Assembly: GCA_035389045.1 (NCBI GenBank) | Contig: DAOORA010000012.1 | Location: 1 to 64,000, forward strand | DNA from: Bacteroidales bacterium | Lineage (GTDB): Bacteria > Bacteroidota > Bacteroidia > Bacteroidales > CAIWKO01 | Direction of reading: 5' to 3' | Length of the DNA: 64,000 nucleotides | Part shown: positions 39,086 through 49,414 of the stretch, piece after piece | Layout: each line of letters starts with the position of its first letter | Numbering within the stretch: position 1 is the stretch's first letter | Notes under the pieces: model-generated | Databases searched by the model: none | Told to the model about the DNA's origin: nothing | Seen by the model: only the letters and a program-made list of their open reading frames with translations | Made by a program: the position numbers and the translations under genes

Positions 39086-39433
39086 CCTATTTATGGTATA
39101 AAATACACTGTCAAAAGCATATAAAAACTTTTGTTCAGGGTACAAGTCAGACTATTTTTATAATTTCTGAAAAACTGATCCAATGTAATAATTACCATAT
39201 TCAATTTATGGTTTTTCAAGTTTCTAAATTTACAACATTTTTCATAAAAAAATCAATCACAATCATTTATTTTTAAAACCATTTATGTTAATATCTATAC
39301 ATATTTTTTATTTATTTAAATACTTGAATAATAATATGTACCATGGCTACATAAAAATATTTTGTTTCACTGTTTGTTTAATTAACGATATTATACAATA
39401 ATTAATTTGGTCGGTAAGTAGAAAAGTCTTCAA

Positions 39434-40243
39434 TCATACAGGAATAGAACTGTAAGCAATAAATCCCGTATTGACGAGGATTTCCTTGTTGTATTTCATT
39501 GGTTCCCCGTCAATGGTATTTCTGATCTGGCCGTCAGCCAGGCGTAAAATCGCGTTTCCTGCTGCAATATCCCATTCCATGGTCTTTCCGAAACGGGGAT
39601 ATTCGTCAGCAACGCCTTCGGCAAGAGCGCAAAGTTTCAGCGAACTACCTTTCTGCAAGCATTGAAATGATTGTTGGCGGTTATTGATGTACCTGCGTGT
39701 TCTTCCGTCTATATGTGACCGGCTGGTCACAAAAGTGTAAGTCTCTGTCCGGGTATAAGGCAGCCTGGTACTTTTCGAAACCAATAACTCCATACCTCCA
39801 TTTTGGTGAGAATTGACGAATCCGTATGCATCGCTGAGTTTGTATGATCCGGTTTGTTCTTCAGCAAAATATAGAATATCATAAGCCGGCGCATAAATAA
39901 CTCCCATCACAGGATTGTTATTATGCAACAACGCTATATTCACGGTAAAATCCCTGCCACGTGAGATAAATTCCATTGTTCCGTCTAATGGATCGACAAG
40001 CCAGAACAAGTTCCACGTTCTCCGCTCCTCGTAAGGCGGTATCACAGATTCTTCGGAAATTAGCGGAATATTAAATGAAGATAGTGTATCAGTGATGATC
40101 TGATTTGCAGCCTTATCGGCATTTGTGACCGGGGTCAAATTCCTTTTTATACGGATACGGATCCTGTCGTGAAAAATCTCCATGATCTTCACACCGGCCT
40201 GAACGGCTGCATTAATCGATACTTCTAAAAGTTCTGACCGCAT
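39434..40243 (-). CDS. cysQ: 3'(2'),5'-bisphosphate nucleotidase
   Basis: PVTNAD, ISEE, WLVDPLDGT.EF, SRSH, GSSLK, YPRFG.TMEWDIAAG; start at ATG 40243. Confidence 0.92.
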   Translation of the reverse strand: MRSELLEVSINAAVQAGVKIMEIFHDRIRIRIKRNLTPVTNADKAANQIITDTLSSFNIPLISEESVIPPYEERRTWNLFWLVDPLDGTMEFISRGRDFTVNIALLHNNNPVMGVIYAPAYDILYFAEEQTGSYKLSDAYGFVNSHQNGGMELLVSKSTRLPYTRTETYTFVTSRSHIDGRTRRYINNRQQSFQCLQKGSSLKLCALAEGVADEYPRFGKTMEWDIAAGNAILRLADGQIRNTIDGEPMKYNKEILVNTGFIAYSSIPV

Positions 40244-40300
40244 TTTTAATTCAAGGTTACAGATCAATCCATTTCAAAACTGATGAGTGGCAGGCAATCA

Positions 40301-40711
40301 TTAATCAGTCATTGCAGTTTGTGTATCAAATGATTGCAATGAATTGCATTCTTTAAATTCTGCCTTCATTTTAAAATATATAATTTCCCCGCCGGTAATT
40401 ATAATACTAAATGCCAGGGGGCTTGCTGCTTTAGGCCGTTTATTGATTTCTATGGTTAAAATCTCACAAATTACAGGATTTACAATGTTAATAAATTTTA
40501 TTTCATCAGCCGTTTCCAGCATGATCTTTTTTTCCAGACAGACTTCCAGTGTTTCACGGATCATCTGTATCAGGCAGACGCCAGGAGCCACAGGGTTTTG
40601 AGGAAAATGCCCCTCATATATCTTATGATCCTTTATGAGTTCCACCTGGGCCAGTGTCTTTTCTCCCTCAGTTTTAATGTCCAGAATATTAAAAAAAGTC
40701 TTTAACAGCAT
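40301..40711 (-). CDS. FabA/FabZ-like 3-hydroxyacyl-ACP dehydratase (ApeI-like)
   Basis: HKIYEGHFPQNPVAPGVC, IKF.NIVNP. Confidence 0.85.
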   Translation of the reverse strand: MLLKTFFNILDIKTEGEKTLAQVELIKDHKIYEGHFPQNPVAPGVCLIQMIRETLEVCLEKKIMLETADEIKFINIVNPVICEILTIEINKRPKAASPLAFSIIITGGEIIYFKMKAEFKECNSLQSFDTQTAMTD

Positions 40712-40714
40712 AGT

Positions 40715-41374
40715 TTATTTATTTGGAATAAATTTATCTTCAGGAATTTCATGGTTTATTTTCCTGTTATTGAACAGTATATCTGTCTTATCTCCCGAAA
40801 GTTCCTTCATCTGCACCCTGGCCACAGAAAATAATTCTTTACCAAAATACAGGACTATTTCTCTGAAGAAGTTATTTAAATCTTTTGATTTCGGGTATAA
40901 CACAAGTTTGTAATTAAGATCATTTTCAAAATAGTTGCATAAAAAATCGTTTTTATCATCCAACACTCTGCCATTTACTATTTTGCCGAGCATGGTGTTC
41001 AATTTATTGAACGATTCGCTGGCGGTGAGGTCGAAAGAATTTATTTTTTCCTCATCTTTCACAAACATCCTTCCATTATTAATGATGATCAGGTATTTGA
41101 ACGGTTCTGTATATTCCCAGCGGATCATCATTCCGTTTTTATAGCAAAAGCGCCCGTATGATTCAACAGGTTGTTTTAAAATGCTCATATATTTCAGCTG
41201 CACGAAGTCACATTCGATGGTTGAAAGTTCAGCATTATAGTTTTTCAGCAAGGTATTGAACAAAGCCGTGTCTTTCATAACCCGGTACGTGGTATCCGGC
41301 GTCACCGCTATTGTTATTCCGGAAGAAAGCAATAATACAAGCCAGATAGTAACAGATAACCTATTCATAAGCAT
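40715..41374 (-). CDS. LolA-like outer-membrane lipoprotein carrier protein
   Basis: Signal peptide; CDFVQ.KY, G.F, IRWEYTEP..YLIIIN, SGD.T.I.F. Confidence 0.82.
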   Translation of the reverse strand: MLMNRLSVTIWLVLLLSSGITIAVTPDTTYRVMKDTALFNTLLKNYNAELSTIECDFVQLKYMSILKQPVESYGRFCYKNGMMIRWEYTEPFKYLIIINNGRMFVKDEEKINSFDLTASESFNKLNTMLGKIVNGRVLDDKNDFLCNYFENDLNYKLVLYPKSKDLNNFFREIVLYFGKELFSVARVQMKELSGDKTDILFNNRKINHEIPEDKFIPNK

Positions 41375-42128
41375 TTGTTTTTAGGGCCTCATCCAAACGG
41401 GCAAAACCAAGATTTTGTTTTCGGCAAGATTTAATGAACTGATCGATCACAAGCTCTATCCCGGCTATCCTGTCGTGAAACAGGACGATATCACCCGGTT
41501 TTACCTTCGCAAGACGAATATCGATTTTTTCCTTTTCGGTGGACACGGTATCTAAAGAACGAAGGCTCCATCCAATGGGTAACAGATTTAGTTTTTTCAA
41601 TGCGGTTTTTATGTTCGGATTCGTGACCCCAAAGGGCGGTCTGAAAAATACCGGGGCAAGTCCGATGATATTTTTTATCACACCAGCAGATTTTTTAATA
41701 TCTGCAGCAACTTTTTGTGAAGAATAAAAACCAAACATGTTTTTATGACAATAGGAATGATTGCCGATAATATGTCCATCGTCAAAGGCTTGTTTCACGA
41801 GCGCCGGAAACTTTTCAGCCTGGCTTCCGATAACAAAAAAAACAGCCCGGACATTATTTCTTCTTAGCACGTCGAGCACGTTCGGAGTGACCGTTTCATC
41901 AGGCCCGTCATCAAATGTCAATATGATATTTTTATCACTTTTGATCCGGCATACCACATCAAAATAAAAAGACATGCGGATACGGAATGAGCCGAATGCC
42001 GTAAATACAATCAGGATTACTCCAAGCAACACATACCACCAGGGTGATAGTCCGAAAAAGTACACGAGTATACCCATGACTGCAAACAATACAGATACAA
42101 GGATCAAAATAAAATTTAGCTTCAGCAT
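41361..42128 (-). CDS. Membrane-anchored polysaccharide deacetylase (CE4)
   Basis: LTFDDGP, GNHSYCH, FRPPFGVTNP, IVLFHD. Confidence 0.9.
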   Translation of the reverse strand: MLKLNFILILVSVLFAVMGILVYFFGLSPWWYVLLGVILIVFTAFGSFRIRMSFYFDVVCRIKSDKNIILTFDDGPDETVTPNVLDVLRRNNVRAVFFVIGSQAEKFPALVKQAFDDGHIIGNHSYCHKNMFGFYSSQKVAADIKKSAGVIKNIIGLAPVFFRPPFGVTNPNIKTALKKLNLLPIGWSLRSLDTVSTEKEKIDIRLAKVKPGDIVLFHDRIAGIELVIDQFIKSCRKQNLGFARLDEALKTNAYE

Positions 42129-43183
42129 GAAGAAAGTAAAATCAGGACGTGTTCGGAATTTTTAAAATGATTATAAATCAGTATATGCTTAAATTGGTCA
42201 ACTTTGTCAAACCTGAGTTTCAGAGCGTCAGGACAATGGTTATGCTTCAGTATCTGAGCTGCTGTCCAAACAGCAAAAGAAGACGAAGTAAAATATTCAC
42301 CACATATATGTTTATAATATAAAATATTATTTTCAGCAAAAATGCCTTTGGAAAGGTCGTTATAGAGGGCATCGGAATTTTGATCGCTGCTATAACCCAT
42401 CAACACGGCATCCATATCCCGTATTGAAAATCCCTGATTTTGAATAAATTCTTCAATATTCTGCCGGGTCTGTGCAGAATCAGCAGGTTTGTAAAAAGTT
42501 TTCACTGCATTCACGGCAGCAATACTATTTGTTACATCACCAGATAAGACAAAAAATGACGCCCCCTCTCCTGCAATGCTGCCATCGGTTGGGTTGTCAA
42601 ATATTGCTGTGTCATATCCCAGGACACTTTTATATATGCCAAGCCTTTTCAATATCGAATAGGAAACGGGCGTTATCTCATCCACACCGCCCAGCAGTAT
42701 CTTCGAATCCTGTTGTTCATGAATCATCATCATGGCATCCAGCAGGGCGTTTTCGAATGAAAAACAACGATGGACATAAGCATGGTTATAGCTGTTGCAT
42801 TTCAGGAGCAGGGCAATCTGTCCGGCAATAGTGTTGTGTGTAGATTGTATGAAGGAAGTGGGTGGTAAAAACTGCTCTTTGTTCCGGATAATTTCATTCA
42901 GAAATGATTCCGTATCTTCAATACAACCAAGTCCCGTACCTGTAATAACAGCGTCGGGTTTTTCGAGACCTGCTTCCCGCAGGCATTGAACTGCGGTGGC
43001 AACACCCATTTTCACCACGCGTCCCATACGACGTATCAGTGCCGGGTTGATATATTCCTTATAGTCCGGTTCTATGCATTTCAGGTAATCCGAAGGGTAT
43101 TTTTCCGGTTTTGCCAGGTCAAAAGGTTTTTCTGAAATGGGTAACGGACACATGGCCGCTGCTGCATTTATATATGTTTTCAT
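42122..43183 (-). CDS. Beta-ketoacyl synthase chain-length-factor-like subunit
   Basis: RRMGRVVKMG, GTGLGC, PTSFIQSTHNTIAGQIAL; canonical Cys-His-His triad not recognisable. Confidence 0.82.
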   Translation of the reverse strand: MKTYINAAAAMCPLPISEKPFDLAKPEKYPSDYLKCIEPDYKEYINPALIRRMGRVVKMGVATAVQCLREAGLEKPDAVITGTGLGCIEDTESFLNEIIRNKEQFLPPTSFIQSTHNTIAGQIALLLKCNSYNHAYVHRCFSFENALLDAMMMIHEQQDSKILLGGVDEITPVSYSILKRLGIYKSVLGYDTAIFDNPTDGSIAGEGASFFVLSGDVTNSIAAVNAVKTFYKPADSAQTRQNIEEFIQNQGFSIRDMDAVLMGYSSDQNSDALYNDLSKGIFAENNILYYKHICGEYFTSSSFAVWTAAQILKHNHCPDALKLRFDKVDQFKHILIYNHFKNSEHVLILLSSC

Positions 43184-43198
43184 GGTATATTTTCTGAT

Positions 43199-44404
43199 TT
43201 ATTGGATTGCAGAAATAATCAACGTCGAATTATTCCCACCGAAACCAAATGAATTTGACAATACATTGGTGACTTTGTGATGTTCAATAAGTCGTGTGAC
43301 AGGAGTCATACCCAATTCCGGCATTGGATCGGAGAAGTTCAGGTTGGGGAATATCATACTATTTTGTAACGTCAGCACGGATATTACGGCTTCCAGTCCG
43401 CCGGCAGCGCCCAGGGTATGGCCGGTAAATGGCTTTGTTGAACTGAATAATGGAATATTATCACCAAAGATCCTTTTCATTGCCATGCCTTCCGAGAGAT
43501 CGTTGTTGCCTGTTCCGGTACCGTGAACATTAATATAATCAATGTCACCGGGTTGCAATCCACTCACCGCCAGGGCTTTGCTCATAGCGAGAAAAGCGCC
43601 CTGCCCGTCGGGTGAGGAGGCCGTCTGGTGGTAGGCATCATTGGCATTACCAAAACCTTTAACTTCAGCCAGCGGTTTGTTTTTTAGCTTGCCGAGCATA
43701 CGTTCAGACACCAGCAGAACAAAACCGGCTCCCTCGCCGAGGTTTAGTCCGGCACGGCCTGCATCAAAGGGTTTGCAATGGTTTTTATCGAGTATCATTA
43801 AGGTGTTGAATCCATTAAGCGTAAATCGCGTAAGAGTATCGGTGCCGCCGGCAAGAGCAGCATCCAGCATATCATTCTTTATCAGCCTTGAGGCGAACAT
43901 GATCGCGTTGGCCGACGAGGAACATGCGGTACTGATGGTTGCCAGATAATCTTTGATTCCAAGGAAATCAGCAATATGCTCGGTACTGTCGGCACAATCA
44001 TGGCCTCTTATCGCATTTATATCTCCGGCAGCATGATCCGCATAGAATTCATCATAAAAACGTTCGCTCAGGTCCATACCACCGACAGAAGTGGCGGAAA
44101 CAATGCCGCAGCGGCATTTTGTAATGTCCAGTTCTGCATGCCTGAGGGCTTCAGCGGCAGCCATCATCCCGAAAAGGCTTGTTCTGGTGATCATTTTACG
44201 GGAGTCTATACCCAGTATTTCTTTCAGTTCCCGGTTGGATCTTTTCACCTCTGCAAAAGGTATGGCATTCTTATATATCGTATCAATATATTCAATTTTC
44301 CCGACACCATGCTTTGATGCTTTAAGGGATTCGAGTGTTTCCGTTACATTCTGCCCCACTGCAGAAATAGTTCCGATACCTGCAATAAAAACTTTTTCGT
44401 GCAT
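43199..44404 (-). CDS. Beta-ketoacyl-ACP synthase (FabF-like, flexirubin/aryl-polyene type)
   Basis: STACSSS, LGEGAG, HGTGT, TGHTLGAAG, SNSFGFGGNN. Confidence 0.92.
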   Translation of the reverse strand: MHEKVFIAGIGTISAVGQNVTETLESLKASKHGVGKIEYIDTIYKNAIPFAEVKRSNRELKEILGIDSRKMITRTSLFGMMAAAEALRHAELDITKCRCGIVSATSVGGMDLSERFYDEFYADHAAGDINAIRGHDCADSTEHIADFLGIKDYLATISTACSSSANAIMFASRLIKNDMLDAALAGGTDTLTRFTLNGFNTLMILDKNHCKPFDAGRAGLNLGEGAGFVLLVSERMLGKLKNKPLAEVKGFGNANDAYHQTASSPDGQGAFLAMSKALAVSGLQPGDIDYINVHGTGTGNNDLSEGMAMKRIFGDNIPLFSSTKPFTGHTLGAAGGLEAVISVLTLQNSMIFPNLNFSDPMPELGMTPVTRLIEHHKVTNVLSNSFGFGGNNSTLIISAIQ

Positions 44405-44801
44405 GAATTGTTTTTTTGAAGGAGCGAAAATACATTATTTTGGTTTATGAAGGAGTATTTTGTGAAGTAGAAACTTCTGGAGAGAATTGATAGCAGAGTT
44501 TGCAATATTTAATCTATGGCATATTAACCAGAACAATCCGTAAACAAAAAATAAAATTGTTATATGGTACCCTGTTAACATTATCAATATTTTGAAAGTC
44601 TTTTTATTACACTGAGGCACACAAAGGAAACACAGAGTTAGATAATATTATATTTATACTTATCTATGTGAATAATCAGTTTAAATTGCGGAAGTTTGCA
44701 GTTTTGTTATCAGTCCGGGCAGCAATATAGCCAATTTTAATATGTAATATAATAAATATAATGATCTGTAAAGGGTTTTCTTCCTTTCAGCAGATTTTTC
44801 G

Positions 44802-44809
44802 TATCTTTG
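44802..44809 (+). promoter_or_regulatory. Bacteroidota -7 promoter box for rnpB
   Basis: TATCTTTG(CA) 11 nt before the P1 5' strand. Confidence 0.7.
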
Positions 44810-44820
44810 CACAGATAAAA

Positions 44821-45172
44821 CAACAGTTTGGGCTGCCGCGTCTGCCGCAAGGCAGATGAGGAAAGTCCGGGCAACACAGGGCGCCATACTTCCTAACGGG
44901 AAGGGTTCCGGGCAACCGGGATACAGACAGTGCCACAGAAAATAACCGTCCCGACGGTATCCGTCGGGATAAGGGTGAAAACGTGAGGTAAGGGCTCACG
45001 GCAAGTTATGGTGACATAACATGCGGGTAAACCTTATGGGTTGAAAGACCAAATAAACCGGAGCATGAGGGCTGCCCGCCCGATTCCGGAGGGTAGGTCG
45101 TTAGATTCCGCAGGTGACTGCGGAACCAGATAAATGGCAGACTAAAACAGAACCCGGCTTACGGAACTGTTG
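44821..45172 (+). ncRNA. rnpB: RNase P RNA (type A)
   Basis: GAGGAAAGTCCGGGC, AGTGCCACAGAAAA, AAGGGTGAAA, GGTAAACC, AGATAAATG, ACAGAACCCGGCTTA; P1 CAACAGTT/AACTGTTG. Confidence 0.96.
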
Positions 45173-45213
45173 TTTTATCTTTTTAATGAAAAGAAAGGGA
45201 ATTATTATTATAG

Positions 45214-45379
45214 CGGTGGCTTCGAGGGCCTCAGCCACCAAGGGAAAATTCATTGTCGGTGGCTTTGAGGGCCTCAGCCACCAAGGGAAAATTCATTGTC
45301 GGTGGCTTCGAGGGCCTCAGCCACCGGAGGGAAAATTCATTGTCGGTGGTTTCGAGGGCCTCAGCCACCGGAGGGAATT
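45214..45379. repeat. Four tandem 43-44 bp REP-like hairpin units
   Basis: CGGTGGCTTCGAGGGCCTCAGCCACC (minor variants) at 45214, 45257, 45300 and 45344 with near-identical linkers (A/GG)AGGGAAAATTCATTGT. Confidence 0.92.
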
Positions 45380-45479
45380 AGTTATGAGATTAAACAGATT
45401 TTTGATTTTTGTAATGAAAGGAATATCAATTTGCTGGCTCCGGTCCATGAGAATAAATTGATTTTCCCCTTGCACTTAA

Positions 45480-45626
45480 GGGCACCTCTAAAAACTTCAA
45501 ATTTCTTCGTTCATCTTCGTTCTTCAAATCCTCATGTACGCTCAGTACACTGCGGTTTTCAGAACTTCGACTGCCTCGAACTTTTTTGTTTTTAGAGGCG
45601 CCCGATCAAGGTTATTAGAGATGCCC
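45480..45626. mobile_element. MITE-like hairpin element, copy 1 (147 bp)
   Basis: GGGCACCTCTAA...TTAGAGATGCCC terminal IRs, TTAA on both sides, internal IR GTTTTTAGAGGCGCCC; related copy at 58363. Confidence 0.75.
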
Positions 45627-45773
45627 TTAATTCAAAAATGAAAAATTCTCCTGTCAAAACAATTTTTCAGTCTTATAAAAAACATACCGAACGCTTTAAG
45701 ATAATTTTTTATGGGACCAATTTAACAATATTATCAAAAACGAGTACTTTTATAAATTCCAAATTCATCTATT

Positions 45774-48437
45774 ATGAAACGAATTTTACTTTTTACTTTG
45801 TTTGCCATTTTTACTTTATTTGCTGTTAGTCAGGTTCATACAACATATTTATGGCATTTACATCAACCCATATACTGGTCGGGGCAAAGCACCTGGAACA
45901 CCAACCGGTACCAGACCGTATGGGAATCAGAGTACCTGAAAAACAATGGTGGAAATACATACAACGGCATCGCTCATCCACTGAATAACCTGAGTGATAT
46001 TTTCAGCAATGCCGACCGTGTGGCTGCTTACCAGTACCGCACCAAAGATGCCGTGTCCTCCCTGTCGGGCCATTCCGAAGGAGGTGCACAGGTTTGTTAT
46101 TCCGGCGCGCTGATTGAAAATGTCAACAGCCTGGCCTCTGCAAATCAGTGGGGCTATGGCAGCGGATGGCAGAACAATTATGTGACCGCCCGCAGCTGGA
46201 CCACTACCAACGGCAAGCCGAAAATGGACCTGGTAGGGTTTACCGCACATCATCTGCTTTCGCCTTTGGTCAACGACCGGGTGCTGAAAAAAGATATTGA
46301 GGTTCACAAGTACCTGTACGGACAGAATTTCGGGACTTCGCCACTCTATTCCAAAGGATACTGGCCTGCCGAATGTTCGTTCAGCGAGAGAAACATCAAA
46401 GCTCTGGTGGAAGAGGGTTTTGAGTGGACGGTGATCGCCAACAGCCACCTGGCCCGCACCCTGAATGATTATCCGCTCACCTTCGGTACCTCGGGCTGCA
46501 ACTATGATCCTCCCAACCGTGCCGACAAAGTACAGGTGAACGGCATCAACTGGTGGAACGGCCAGATCGACGGGCGGGGCGGGACATACGCTGCCCCTTA
46601 CTGTTACCAGGCTCATAAGGCAAAATATGTGGATCCTGCTACGGGGACGGAATATCTGATCACCGTGGTGCCTATGTGCGACCTGCTCAGCTACCAGAAC
46701 GGCTATTCCACCATGGGCACCGGCGACATCGATACGCATATTGCGCCGTTCAACAATCCCTCGCAGCCCAGCCTGGTGTTGCTGGCGCATGATGGCGACA
46801 ACGCCTGGGGCGGTGGTTTTGATTATTACAACAATTCGGTGCCGGGCTTTGCCGGAGCGGCATCCTCACACGGATATGTTCCCACAACGATAGAGCAATT
46901 CTTATACAACCACCCGGTGCCTGCAGGCGATGTGGTACATGTCGAGGATGGTTCCTGGGTGAACGCTGCCAACGATTGGGGACACCCGCAGTGCATCAAC
47001 TGGTTATGGCCGATGTACAACAGCCAATTTAATTTCGATCCGAACGGCTGGACGGAAGATGCCCGTAACTGGGCTGTGCTGATTGCTGCCGAGAACCGGG
47101 TTGAAATGGCCGAAGACCTCGCCGGAACACTGTCTGTAGCCAACATTGCAAGCCCTTCGGCAGCTTCTTCTCTGGCCGAAAAAGCCTGGCACTTCCTGCT
47201 GCCGGGTTTTGCCAGCGACTATATGTATTATGGTACTTCTCTCGATATGGAAGTAAAACAAACACTGGCTGCCAACCTGGCTGTAAGTTATGCCGACCAG
47301 GTCATTGCTGCGCATCCCGGCACGGACAACACTCCACCGACAGTGATGGCGCCGCAGCGCTATCCGTATAACCCTGGGGGCATTGGTTTCGGGCCCACCT
47401 ATGGGTACCAGCAGCATAACAACACTTCAGATTTTTTTGTATGGACTTTTGCCTATGATGTATCGGGCATACAGTCGGCAGTGCTGAAGTACAGGGTGGA
47501 CTACGACGGGCAAAATCCCGAAAGCAACAACGACAACGACACTTATGCAGGCGGAAGCGGCGTGGGAAGCTGGAACACGCTAATCATGTCACTACGCAGT
47601 TTCCCTACCGGAAATGTCACCAGCAACCCTGAGATTGATTTCTTTATACTGCCCACCTATATAGCAAACGAATATTATGCACAGATTACCGGACTGCACG
47701 ATACCCTGGTCGATTACTATCTTGAAATCACCGATAACAACAGTAAAATAACCCGGACTGCCATACAGCATGTATATATCGGAGCGAGCAACACCGGCGG
47801 GTCGGGGGGAAACGGCAATGTTCACTGGCTGCCCGCCAACCCCGGTATGAATGATACCATCACCGTCACCGTATCGAACACCACACAGCCGGGCAAGCTG
47901 CACTGGGGCGTCAATAATACCGGCAGCAACTGGATTCAACCCAACAACGCTTACTGGCCGGCAGGCACCACACTATTCAACGGTACCGGGCCTGCGGTTC
48001 AAACACCCATGACGGGACCCATAAGCAACACGCTCACCCTGAAAATCGGGCCATTTAACAATCCGGCACAGCCCGTCACACAGGTTGCCCTTGTGATACA
48101 TTTTGACAACAACACCTGGGATAACAATAACGGACAGGATTTTCACATACCTATAAGTAACAATCCTACCCACGTGAACGAGAACAGTGATAAAAGATTT
48201 GTCCGTATTTATCCCAATCCTTTTGAAGACTACTTTTATATTAACATACAGGCAAATGAATATCATGCTTACCAGGTAGATATTTTCGATATGCTGGGCA
48301 AAATGGTCAGGGCGCTCTCCATGAAAAGCAATGTACAACGAGTGGAGCGAGATTTCCTGAAATCAGGAATTTACATTATAAGTGTTACGGATCAGGTGAC
48401 GGGAAAAGTTATTCGTGAAAGGATATCGGTATTTTAA
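45774..48437 (+). CDS. GH57/GH119-like glycoside hydrolase with CBM-like module and T9SS type A CTD
   Basis: Signal peptide; WHLHQP, GYWPAE, LAHDGDN motifs; LHWGVN...WDNNNGQDF module; IYPNPF...DMLGK...SGIYII CTD. Confidence 0.75.
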   Translation: MKRILLFTLFAIFTLFAVSQVHTTYLWHLHQPIYWSGQSTWNTNRYQTVWESEYLKNNGGNTYNGIAHPLNNLSDIFSNADRVAAYQYRTKDAVSSLSGHSEGGAQVCYSGALIENVNSLASANQWGYGSGWQNNYVTARSWTTTNGKPKMDLVGFTAHHLLSPLVNDRVLKKDIEVHKYLYGQNFGTSPLYSKGYWPAECSFSERNIKALVEEGFEWTVIANSHLARTLNDYPLTFGTSGCNYDPPNRADKVQVNGINWWNGQIDGRGGTYAAPYCYQAHKAKYVDPATGTEYLITVVPMCDLLSYQNGYSTMGTGDIDTHIAPFNNPSQPSLVLLAHDGDNAWGGGFDYYNNSVPGFAGAASSHGYVPTTIEQFLYNHPVPAGDVVHVEDGSWVNAANDWGHPQCINWLWPMYNSQFNFDPNGWTEDARNWAVLIAAENRVEMAEDLAGTLSVANIASPSAASSLAEKAWHFLLPGFASDYMYYGTSLDMEVKQTLAANLAVSYADQVIAAHPGTDNTPPTVMAPQRYPYNPGGIGFGPTYGYQQHNNTSDFFVWTFAYDVSGIQSAVLKYRVDYDGQNPESNNDNDTYAGGSGVGSWNTLIMSLRSFPTGNVTSNPEIDFFILPTYIANEYYAQITGLHDTLVDYYLEITDNNSKITRTAIQHVYIGASNTGGSGGNGNVHWLPANPGMNDTITVTVSNTTQPGKLHWGVNNTGSNWIQPNNAYWPAGTTLFNGTGPAVQTPMTGPISNTLTLKIGPFNNPAQPVTQVALVIHFDNNTWDNNNGQDFHIPISNNPTHVNENSDKRFVRIYPNPFEDYFYINIQANEYHAYQVDIFDMLGKMVRALSMKSNVQRVERDFLKSGIYIISVTDQVTGKVIRERISVF

Positions 48438-48573
48438 GACTGTAATAAACGTATCCCACAAATCCTCATCAATTTCATAAAACCTTTGTGAATAACAGTT
48501 GATCTTATCCGATGGGTCTAAACATAAAACCTTGTAAAATACTTTATTGCAAGATGTATGTCAACCAGTTTAA

Positions 48574-49101
48574 TTAAAAGTTATCGGAGATTATTTTATT
48601 CAGTTCCAACCTCATTTGAACAGTATTGCTGTTCCGTTGATTGACTTCAAAACCATTTTTATCCAATACTTTAATTGAAGGAATGTTTGTGCTCTCCGTT
48701 TCTGCAGTTATGGATTTTACTTTCTTATTTTTTTTAGCCCATTGGATCACACCTGAAATAGTTTCAGTCATATAGCCCATATTTCTATATTCTATATCGA
48801 TTCCATAACCAATCTCCACTTCTCCGTACTCATTTGGTTCCCCATGAAAACAAATCCCTCCGATAATTGCCTTCTGATTTTTTTCAATTATAATCCACAT
48901 TGTATAAAAAAGAGTATCCTTTGAAATATCAGCAATATTGGGTAAAAGGTCATTCAGAATTGCATCTTTGGTATCCTTATCAACCAATGATTCAGAAGGG
49001 ATTAATCCAATTTCCTGAGCAAACGCACCCGGCGATTCAATATGCTTCTTTAATTCTTGTGAAGTAAGAGGTTTTATCAATAATCTATTTGTTTCAATCA
49101 T
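48574..49101 (-). CDS. GNAT (RimJ/RimL-like) N-acetyltransferase
   Basis: IETNRL, VEIGYGI..EYRNMGYMTE, N.PSIKVL.KNGF. Confidence 0.9.
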   Translation of the reverse strand: MIETNRLLIKPLTSQELKKHIESPGAFAQEIGLIPSESLVDKDTKDAILNDLLPNIADISKDTLFYTMWIIIEKNQKAIIGGICFHGEPNEYGEVEIGYGIDIEYRNMGYMTETISGVIQWAKKNKKVKSITAETESTNIPSIKVLDKNGFEVNQRNSNTVQMRLELNKIISDNF

Positions 49102-49414
49102 GATATTTTGTGTTTATTTCTCGCATGTATGGAACTGCCTGGCGATTCACTGCCATAATATCTCCATCAAATATGGCAGTAAGCTATTATCAATGCGTTA
49201 CAAGTTGATTATTTGCCATGGTTTTGAAAACAGAAGTATCCGCCAGAGGCAGAAAACACGAAATTCAGGCGCCTTGCTGCATTCACCGGGAAGTGTTATC
49301 ATCAATTTTTTTTAAAAATAGTATTTAAAAATGATTTAACCGTTAAAAATGTAAATATGAATAAGAAATGCCTCACAAATTGTAATAAGTACTGTCAATT
49401 ATCTAAAAACTATG

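Noticed and set aside
44405..44820. oriC in the AT-rich gap before rnpB
   Set aside because: Only one consensus box (44667-44675); not enough without GC-skew data.
45214..45379. CRISPR array
   Set aside because: Linkers are only 17-18 bp and nearly identical, not unique spacers; no cas genes in the window.
44681..45595. Short ORFs over rnpB and the downstream repeats
   Set aside because: They are translations of the RNA gene and repeat units.
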